Shown piece by piece: positions 20,845-28,306 of a stretch of 64,000 bases of DNA. Source of the stretch: an uncultured Elusimicrobia bacterium (GTDB lineage: Bacteria; Elusimicrobiota; Elusimicrobia; 2-01-FULL-59-12). Both the position numbers and the translations under genes were made by a program. The notes under the pieces are model-generated. The model saw only the letters and a list, made by a program, of their open reading frames with translations. It was not told where the DNA came from and searched no databases. Numbering within the stretch: the first letter of the stretch is position 1; every line of letters starts with the position of its first letter. The stretch is from the NCBI GenBank assembly GCA_963702895.1, contig OY969767.1:480001-544000 (forward strand). The letters are read 5' to 3'.

Positions 20845-21465
20845 CTAGTCGTGATCCTTCGCCGGAAGGCTGTGCAGGTTCATCTGTCCGGGGAGAGTCG
20901 CCCCCGCCGAAATGATGCTTTGGATGCCTTGTTGTACGGTGAGGGACGTCATGCGGACCTCTTCAGGCTTAAAGAGGAAAAGGTCGCCTAAGTACAGGTG
21001 GTTGGTCGGGACGTAGACGGAAATCCTCTTCTCCTTTTTAGACGCCTCTGTTGTTTCGACTTCGCTCGTGACAAAGCCCAGGCTCAAGCCCCCTCCTCTG
21101 GGATGCTCCACCAGGACCACGCTGCGAAACGAGGCTTGGGACTGAGGCGAAAAAATCTGCATGACTTGCTTGGTCGTGTTGTAGATCGCCCGAAACACCG
21201 GGAGTTCCATGAAGACATAGTCGATGAGCTTGAGCAGGTAGCGCCCCACCACGTTCGAGCTGAGCGCGCCAGCCAGAAGGATCAAACCAAGCGTGACAAA
21301 GAGCCCCAGACCCGGGATGCGATAGCCAAAGAGCCTCTGCGTGATCGGCAAGGCCCAGTTGTCCATGAAGTGAAAGAGCCACGAGATCACCACCCATGTC
21401 GCGGCCAATGGCAAGAGCACAAAGATGCCGGTCAGGAAGTAGCGCCGGAGCGTTTTGCCTAGCAT
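20845..21465 (-). CDS. DUF502 membrane protein
   Basis: LRRYFLTGIFVLLPL, IPGLG, IYNTTKQ, VVLVEHPR, VYVPT. Confidence 0.9.
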   Translation of the reverse strand: MLGKTLRRYFLTGIFVLLPLAATWVVISWLFHFMDNWALPITQRLFGYRIPGLGLFVTLGLILLAGALSSNVVGRYLLKLIDYVFMELPVFRAIYNTTKQVMQIFSPQSQASFRSVVLVEHPRGGGLSLGFVTSEVETTEASKKEKRISVYVPTNHLYLGDLFLFKPEEVRMTSLTVQQGIQSIISAGATLPGQMNLHSLPAKDHD

Positions 21466-21632
21466 GGGCTTTATCATACCTCTATCCCGCGAGGATTTTT
21501 CGAACCGGCGAGTGGGCGAGCCGGCGTGTCGGCGAATAGTCGACCAGCTATTGGAGCTGCGTCCGGACCGCCCGCGGAGAGCACTTGAAACGCTCCGTTG
21601 CAACCCCCTGCCGCTCCTGTTAGAATGGCGGT

Positions 21633-21902
21633 ATGAAAGTGAACCGCGATCTCCTCTGGGACTACCACTTTAGTGAAGAAGAACTGGAAACTGAGTCCTT
21701 CCGCCAGTGGTATGTCGCTCGTGTCCTGACGCAGGGAACCTGCGAAGATATTCATGATCTAGGACTGCCGCTCATTCGCCGGCACCTTCCCGATCTGTGG
21801 CTCCCATCCGCCATACGACATTTCTGGGAATGGTATTTTGCGCTCCCTCATGCCCAATCCACCCGACCCGATACTTACTACTTTCCAGATCGAGCTGCTT
21901 AG
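21633..21902 (+). CDS. Small putative antitoxin (DUF6922-like)
   Basis: LLWDY...WYVARVLTQG...FW; overlaps the nucleotidyltransferase; TTGCAA-N17-TAGAAT just upstream suggests a leaderless transcript. Confidence 0.65.
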   Translation: MKVNRDLLWDYHFSEEELETESFRQWYVARVLTQGTCEDIHDLGLPLIRRHLPDLWLPSAIRHFWEWYFALPHAQSTRPDTYYFPDRAA

Positions 21903-22506
21903 CCGCATCGCTCGATCTCCGCTCAAGAAGACTTTCTTTTTGACGGGAGGAACGGCTTTGTCGGCCTGCTATCTGCGGCATCGTTTATCGGAAGATCTTG
22001 ATTTTTTTACGGAAGAACCCCATGCGGTCAGGCAGGTCGAAGCCCATCTTGCGGCCCTCGTCCGTGAAGCTTCCTGCAAACTGCGCATTGCCAGGCAATT
22101 TGACACTTTTATAGAAGCGTTTGTGACGTCTCCCCAGGGAGAGACGGTCAAAATTGATTTTGCCCAGGACTCTCCCTTTCGGCTGAGACCGATCGAAGTC
22201 TCCGAGTACGGCATCCGTGTGGATAATGCGCTGGACATCGCGTGCAACAAGCTGTCGGCACTCTTTGAACGGGCAGCGTCCAAGGATTTTGTAGATCTGT
22301 ACTTTATCACGCAGAAGTTGTTTCCATTTCAAGAGCTCCTGAGGGACGCCCGGAAAAAGCATGTCGGGCTGGACGCTTATTGGCTTGCGATCGCCTTCCA
22401 GCGCGTTGAGCGAATTGACAAATGGCCGGTCATGAAAATCCCCTGTGATTTTGAAGCTCTCCGCGCCGACTTCCTGGCCAAAGCCCGCGAACTGCTGGCG
22501 CCTTGA
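21850..22506 (+). CDS. AbiEii/AbiGii-type nucleotidyltransferase toxin
   Basis: FFLTGGTALSACYLRHRLSEDLDFF...NKLSAL.ER...KDFVDLY. Confidence 0.9.
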   Translation: MPNPPDPILTTFQIELLSRIARSPLKKTFFLTGGTALSACYLRHRLSEDLDFFTEEPHAVRQVEAHLAALVREASCKLRIARQFDTFIEAFVTSPQGETVKIDFAQDSPFRLRPIEVSEYGIRVDNALDIACNKLSALFERAASKDFVDLYFITQKLFPFQELLRDARKKHVGLDAYWLAIAFQRVERIDKWPVMKIPCDFEALRADFLAKARELLAP

Positions 22507-22720
22507 AGCCAAGGAGACTGTCCTTTCCGATGATCTGATACGGCAGATCCTGGGTACCGTACGGCGGATCCGCCGCACGGAGCCTAAGATCCGCCCCATG
22601 GTTCATAGAATCCGCCTCTTTCCCAAGGCCCAAGGCCTTTCTGCCCATGCCGTCCTGGGTTTTTATTTAACCTAATATTAACAGTGCCGCCATTTGGCCG
22701 TAACCTGCCTCCGCTATGCT

Positions 22721-22894
22721 TTATGGCGATGGGGCGCCAGAGCACACGGCGCCCGCCCACGTAGGCGAGGACCGCTTTTCAGGGTGGCCCGCCGGAAAGG
22801 GCGGATCCAGATAGGCACTATCAAGGAGCCCCACAATACGACCGCCTCGGCGAAAGCCTGGCGGAAACGGGTCCCCCGAGAAGCTTTGTGGGAC
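22721..22894 (+). ncRNA. Candidate structured leader RNA, copy 1
   Basis: Near-identical to 26779-26952; multiple hairpins; follows TTGGCC-N16-TATGCT. Confidence 0.45.
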
Positions 22895-22914
22895 ACCAAA
22901 ACGAGGAGCTAATC

Positions 22915-23160
22915 ATGAAACGCTTAATTCGAGTCTTAGCAGCCCTGGCTGTAATCGTCACAATCGGTGGAGTTGGCAAGAGCTTCGCTGATGATAATCG
23001 GGAGATGCTCTGCCAAGCTGCACTAGTGGTAGAAGACTGGGCGAGAGAAGATTGGCTTGCCTGCATAAGAGGATACACAGAAGAATCGTGTAAGAGTCAA
23101 AGGGATAACTATAGTCAGGCCGTTCAGAATTCGATATGGTGGTGCCAAATTATGATTTAA
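22915..23160 (+). CDS. Small secreted 4-Cys protein (81 aa)
   Basis: GAGGAG RBS; Sec signal MKRLIRVLAALAVIVTIGGVGKSFA|; four Cys. Confidence 0.75.
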   Translation: MKRLIRVLAALAVIVTIGGVGKSFADDNREMLCQAALVVEDWAREDWLACIRGYTEESCKSQRDNYSQAVQNSIWWCQIMI

Positions 23161-23376
23161 CTTTTCATAGTGCAGTCTTCAGTAAACGGTAAGTTTATAA
23201 CACCCCCCGCCCGGGCGAAAGCCCCGGCGGGGTGCTGTGGTTTTGAGGGGACGGTCCTCGGAAACTCGGTAAGTTTTAAACAACATCCCTCCGCCCGGGC
23301 GAAAACCCCCGGCGGGGGATTGTCTTGTTGGACCGAGCTAGCGTGTTGGCGAACCGGCGAGTGGGCGAGCCGGCGA

Positions 23377-23482
23377 CCCGCCTACGCTAAAGCTACGGCG
23401 GGCAAGCCCGGCGACCCGCCTACGCTAAAGCTACGGCGGGCAAGCCCGGCGACTCGCCTACGCTAAAGCTACGGCGGGCAAG
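23377..23482. repeat. Three copies of a 30-bp hairpin element CCCGCCTACGCTAAAGCTACGGCGGGCAAG (38-bp period)
   Basis: Further copies at 28145-28174, 30948-30977, 31132-31161; variants lie in leuB and mnmA. Confidence 0.9.
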
Positions 23483-23729
23483 CCCGGCGAATCGCCCGCC
23501 ACTACATCACGGCGGGCCCGCCAACGATGTGATGGCGGGGCGAACCGGCGAGTGGGCGAATCGGCGAACCGGCGAGTGGGCGAATCGGCGAGCCGGCGTG
23601 TCGGCGAATAGTCGACCAGCTATTGGAGCTGCGTCCGGACCGCCCGCGGGGAGCACTTGAGCGCTACACAGACGAAATTGGCCTGGTAGCAAGAGAAGCG
23701 GGATGCTATACTTAAGCAGGTAATCGAAA

Positions 23730-23918
23730 ATGAAATGCAATGCCAATCCTCATTCCAAGCGTGATCCCAAAAAAGCTCTGGAAATCCTGCGCCGCAGCCA
23801 GAATCTGTCTAGTCGCCACGGCGGCCCTACCCAAGGGATGACCAAGGACGAGATCATCCGGTCCATCAAAAAAACCCGCGAAGAGTTGTGGTCTACGTAT
23901 CTTGCGCCTCGTTCTTGA
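23730..23918 (+). CDS. Small putative antitoxin
   Basis: 62 aa, GMTKDEII..IKKTREELW; overlaps the PIN gene. Confidence 0.6.
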   Translation: MKCNANPHSKRDPKKALEILRRSQNLSSRHGGPTQGMTKDEIIRSIKKTREELWSTYLAPRS

Positions 23919-24321
23919 CTCCAACGAATACATTCTAGTTTTCGGCAGCGAACGGGATCCCGCGAGCGAGAAGCTCTTGGCTCAAATCGCTGTGAAGTCA
24001 AACAAGTACACGCTCAGCATTTGCCGTCCAATTTTGGACGAACTGGGCCGCCATCTTCTCCCCCGCCAGTTAAGCGATGTCTACTCCTTTCTGAACGCAA
24101 TCACCGTTAACATCGATGAACGCTGGGTTGTCCCATTTGAATTTGTTGAGCGTTATATCGAACGCGGGCTAAAGCGCGGAGACGCTTTTATCGCAGGGTA
24201 TACGGAGTGGGTAGGCGCGGATTGCCTTGTTTCAGAAAATCGTGCCGACATCGTCAGTCAAGCCAAGCTCTTTCCTTTTCGAGTATTCACCGCCGAACAA
24301 TTCATAAAAAAACATCACTAA
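23902..24321 (+). CDS. PIN domain toxin
   Basis: RLVLDSN...ILDE...GDAFI...ADCLVSEN..D. Confidence 0.85.
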   Translation: MRLVLDSNEYILVFGSERDPASEKLLAQIAVKSNKYTLSICRPILDELGRHLLPRQLSDVYSFLNAITVNIDERWVVPFEFVERYIERGLKRGDAFIAGYTEWVGADCLVSENRADIVSQAKLFPFRVFTAEQFIKKHH

Positions 24322-24379
24322 TTTGCGCTGGAACGACGCCCCAGCCATCGAGATATCATGTGGTTATATTACGCGGTAT

Positions 24380-24557
24380 TATAACCGCCTGTCAGTCGGC
24401 GCGGGCGATCTGCGCGGACTGCAGAGTTTTCGGGACTATTACGGCCGCAAACACCAGGCGTGGCTTTTCTACGCCGGCGACACCCCGAAAAGACTCGTTA
24501 ATGTCAACCTTCGGCCCTGGCAAAGCGGCCTGCGCGAGCTTGTCGAGTCACCATTGA
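24380..24557 (+). pseudogene. C-terminal remnant of a DUF4143 ATPase
   Basis: VGAGDLRGLQSFRDYY...LFYAGD...VNLRPW resembles DUF4143 protein C-termini; no N-terminal part. Confidence 0.45.
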
Positions 24558-24686
24558 ATGGGCGGACGGTCCGTGACGGTCATGAGTCTTCTAACCCAAA
24601 AGCTCACGTAACGCCCAAGTCTCATCGGAGCACTTTTCACCGTTTCGGTACCCCTTCCGTCGTCACCCCGATTTCTATGACCTCGG

Positions 24687-25711
24687 TCAAGCATTTTTTA
24701 GGATCCGAGGATTGACTGACCTATAGTCAGCAAGATACGGTGACTTTGTGCGCAGTACGGCACAGATAATGCGCAAGAGTTTGTTGGCAATGTTGTTGAG
24801 CGCCAAGCGTTTGGCTTTTCCGGCTTGTACTTTTCTTTCAAAGTAGTGCCTGAACTGCTGATGATGTGTGCGAAGGGATCGGGCTGCCAGGTGCAATAGC
24901 TTGCGGATGATGTCCGGACCGATCCCGCGAGAGCTTGCATTCTTGCGCACGGAAGTTCCGCTGGAGTGTTCGAGTGGGCACATGCCCAAATACGAGGCGA
25001 TGCGGCGGGGTTCCAGGGATCGCGTAAAGCCTTGGCTGATGACCATCAAATGGGCCGTCAAGAGTCGGCCCACCCCAGGGATGGTGAGCAGCAAGCTCAC
25101 CATGGGGCCAATGGTGGGGTGGTTTGAGATCAGTTGATCCAAGGCCTGATCGATTTTTTTGATCTGTTCTTTGAGATGGCGGATGGTGTCCAGGAAGCTT
25201 TGTTCGGCGAGGATCGTGCGAACGACTTTCCGGCTGATGGCCGACAAGGCATTTTGATTGGCGGTCATCTGGCCGGTCAGCTGCTCGCGCGTCGTCAGAA
25301 GAACACGGACTTGTTCGATCAAGGCTTCCGAGGGTTTCCAGAACGCGAGTTGATCGAAAAAGCGCCAGGCATATTCGGCGAGCTGGCGGCTATCGATGGG
25401 GTCGCTTTTGGCTCCCAGGGGGTGAAAGGCGCGTTTGGTTTTATGCGGCGCCTCCACCGACACCGGATAGCCTTTGGCACAGAGCCAGTAGCAGAGCTGC
25501 TCCGCATAAACACCGGTGGCTTCCATGCAGACCACGGTATTGGTGGAATCGACTCCGCGTTTCTTAAACCAGGCTTCGAATTCCTCAAAGCCGGCGGGTG
25601 TATTGGCGAGCGTCTGATGTTTGGAATACTTTTGTTCGGCTGAGCTGTAATGTGTTGCGCTGAAGGTTTGATCGGCGATATCAACGCCTATGTAATGGAG
25701 AGGTGGGTTCA
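24687..25711 (-). CDS. IS110 family DEDD recombinase/transposase
   Basis: YIGVDIA, CMEATG, KSDPIDS, TIPGVG, YLGMCP..HSSG; AGGAG RBS before MNPPLH (start position approximate). Confidence 0.95.
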
Positions 25712-25734
25712 TAAGGCTCCTTTTTGTAAGTGCC

Positions 25735-25905
25735 GACATTCGTGATGCGAGCTTTGCCTATTAAGGGTTTTTATGACATCACTTCTATCTAGCTTTGGAT
25801 CACGAAAGAATGGGGTCTTTACCGGGGTATGGTTTTCACCTTGGCGAAAGTTAGACTTATTCCATTCTTGTCGGTGTCTTCTTCTAGAGTCTACAAAGAC
25901 TCGAG
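25735..25905 (-). ncRNA. Candidate IS110 bridge RNA
   Basis: 5' hairpin GAGTCT-TTGT-AGACTC; target loop with CTTTCGCC / GGT-GAAA-ACC / ACCCCGG; donor loop with GTCATAAAAACC / TAATAGG closed by GTGATG/CATCAC. Confidence 0.8.
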
Positions 25906-26189
25906 AAAAGTCTAATAGGCGAAAGCCGGCCCTCCAGACTCCCGGCGGGCCGAGTCGCCGGACTTGTGGAGACCCGGGGTCCAGTCCATCGGATGTTCTG
26001 GATACCGGCCCGCCAGACTACCGTCGGGCCGCCCGCCAGGGTAGTGTGGAGGGCGGCGTTCGCCGGTATGACGGCATTGGCTTACGTGAGGATTTGGGTT
26101 CTTTACGCTTCCGTTGGGCAATTCCCGTAAGCGCCCGAGCCTCGCCATGATCGGCTCACACGCCATCGGCCTGGTCAAAACGATCTTAT

Positions 26190-26660
26190 GATCTGATACG
26201 GCAGATCCTGGGTACCGTACGGCGGAACCTTGGTACCATACAGCAGATCTTCAGTACCGTACGGCAGATCTTTGGTACATACGGCGGATCTTCAGTACCG
26301 TACGGCGGATCTTCAGTACCGTACGGCGGGTCCTTGGTACCATACGGCGGATCTCCGGTACCGTACAGCAGATCTTTGGTACCGTACGGCGGATACTAGA
26401 TATCGTACGGCAGATCTTCGATTCCCATGCAGCGGATCTGCCCCATGGTACTGAAGATCTGCCCCATGGTACTGAAGATCTGCCTCATGGAGCTTGAAGA
26501 TCCGCCTCATGGTACTGAAGCTCCGCCTCATGGAACCGAAGATCTGCCGTACGAAGCTGATGATCCGCCGCATGGTTCCTCGAATCCGCCTCACGGTTCC
26601 TCGGATCCGCCTCACGGAGCCTAAGATCCGCCGCACGGAGCCTAAGATCCGCCCCATGGT
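26190..26660. repeat. Two head-to-head arrays of a 21-bp unit (GTACCGTACGGCGGATCTTCA and its reverse complement)
   Basis: About ten units each way; collapsed version at 22530-22600. Confidence 0.85.
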
Positions 26661-26778
26661 TCATAGAATCCGCCTCTTTCCCAAGGCCCAAGGCCTTTCT
26701 GCCCATCCTGTCCTGGGTTTTTATTTAACTCATTTTTAACACTGCCACCATTTGCCCGTAACCTGCCTCCACTATGCT

Positions 26779-26952
26779 TTATGGCGATGGGGCGCCAGAG
26801 CACACGGCGCCCGCCCACGTAGGCGAGGACCGCGTTTCAGGGTGGCCCGCCGGAACGGGCGGATCCAGATAGGCAATATCAAGGAGCCCCACAAAACGAC
26901 CGTCACGGCGAAAGCCTGGCGGAAACGGGTCCCCCCAGAAGCTTTGTGGGAC
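26779..26952 (+). ncRNA. Candidate structured leader RNA, copy 2
   Basis: Near-identical to 22721-22894; follows TTGCCC-N16-TATGCT. Confidence 0.45.
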
Positions 26953-26968
26953 TTAAAGGAGACAGAAA

Positions 26969-27220
26969 ATGAAGAAAGTATTCTTAGGTGCTGCGCTGGT
27001 GCTCGGTATCAGCTTCTTTGCCAATCCTCAGCAAGCGTTCGCATGGTGTTACAGCATCGGTAATGGTGAAACGCAGTGTGTTGAAGTTTACCGCGACGCT
27101 CCCGAATGCGATGGCGGACAGCTGGCCTGGGTCACTGAAGGGGTCATGTCTGATGGCGTCTTCTGGATCAGCAGAGAGTACTCCTACTGTCGCACGTGGG
27201 GGGTACCTCAAATGTACTGA
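26969..27220 (+). CDS. Small secreted 4-Cys protein (83 aa)
   Basis: AAAGGAG RBS; signal MKKVFLGAALVLGISFFANPQQAFA|; four Cys. Confidence 0.8.
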   Translation: MKKVFLGAALVLGISFFANPQQAFAWCYSIGNGETQCVEVYRDAPECDGGQLAWVTEGVMSDGVFWISREYSYCRTWGVPQMY

Positions 27221-27249
27221 TGTTTGAATAACGAATTAGCTGTAGTTCA

Positions 27250-27291
27250 CAAAAACGCCCCACCAGACGTCTGGTGGGACGTTTTGTTTTG
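27250..27291 (+). terminator. Intrinsic terminator
   Basis: CCCACCAGA-CG-TCTGGTGGG plus T-rich tail. Confidence 0.7.
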
Positions 27292-27829
27292 TCCGTAAAT
27301 CCAGCCGATTCCTTGGCCCTTCGCGGAGAATTATTGTGGAGTTTTGAAGTTTTGAGGGGACGCTCATTAGAGGTTTTTCCGTCAAGTGGCGAAAGATCTC
27401 CTCCCGCCGTGTCGTGGCTGTTGATGTATCGTGAAACCTCCGTTGTAGACGTTGCCGCATCCAGGTTCTCTCTTTTTTAGGTTACGGCACGAAGCCGCAC
27501 CAGACACTCATCAGGATCAAGACGAACACGATGAACTGCGCTCATCCCTGCCCCCTCACGGGAGCCCAGAAAACCATTGGTGCCCGGCTCTGTCCAGACT
27601 CATGATCGCCCGACGTCTGGCGATCGACAGTTCTGTGGCTGGCTCGCCCGACTTCTGGCGGCTGCCATCCCTTTGTGGCTCAGCGCCGAGGCGTCTTCGC
27701 CTAAAACAGCGGGTGACGGAAACGGCTAATCAGTCCTCGGAAACTCGGTAAGTTTTAAACAACATCCCCCCGCCCGGGCGAAAGCTCCGGCGGGGGATTG
27801 TCTTGTTGGACCGAGCTAGCGTGTTGGTG

Positions 27830-28011
27830 AACCGGCGAGTGGGCGAATCGGCGAATCGGCGAACCGGCGAGTGGGCGAATCGGCGAACCGGCGAGTGGGC
27901 GAATCGGCGAACCGGCGAGTGGGCGAATCGGCGAACCGGCGAGTGGGCGAATCGGCGAACCGGCGAGTGGGCGAATCGGCGAACCGGCGAGTGGGCGAAT
28001 CGGCGAACCGG
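27830..28011. repeat. Octamer array (ACCGGCGA GTGGGCGA ATCGGCGA)n
   Basis: 24-bp higher-order period; shorter arrays near 21503, 23350, 23543, 30890, 32622, 60500. Confidence 0.9.
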
Positions 28012-28306
28012 AACGGCGGCAGACCGGAGCGGCGGCTTGCCGGAGTGGCGGTGAGTGGTAGCCTTAATAAAAGAGTACCTATCACCGATGTTCTGGAGGG
28101 CCGATTCTCTGGAGGGCCGATGTTCGGGAGCGCCGACAAGGAGACCCGCCTACGCTCAAGCTACGGCGGGCAAGCCCGGCGAACTTCCGACACGGGGACG
28201 CGACCCCCCCCCCCCCCCCCATCACGTTACGAGGATTTTGAGTTTCACTCGCCGCCTCTCCAGGATTACCGCCTCTGCACGACACCTGCCGTTCGCGCGC
28301 ACATAT

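Larger units (their letters stand above)
24671..25917 (-). mobile_element. IS110 family element inserted into a REP palindrome
   Basis: Flanks CGTCACCCCG (24661-24670) and GCGAAAGCCGG (25919-25929) rejoin to the intact REP seen at 63291-63311; no terminal inverted repeats. Confidence 0.9.

Noticed and set aside
22721..22770. Fluoride or c-di-GMP riboswitch
   Set aside because: Only GGCGATGG resembles the crcB motif; the pseudoknot partner and the GEMM consensus are not visible.
23377..23482. CRISPR array (30-bp palindromic repeats)
   Set aside because: The spacers are identical 8-mers, there are no cas genes, and the unit is dispersed elsewhere.
26190..26660. CRISPR array or repeat protein
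   Set aside because: Contiguous 21-mers without unique spacers; ORFs in several frames are repeat artefacts.
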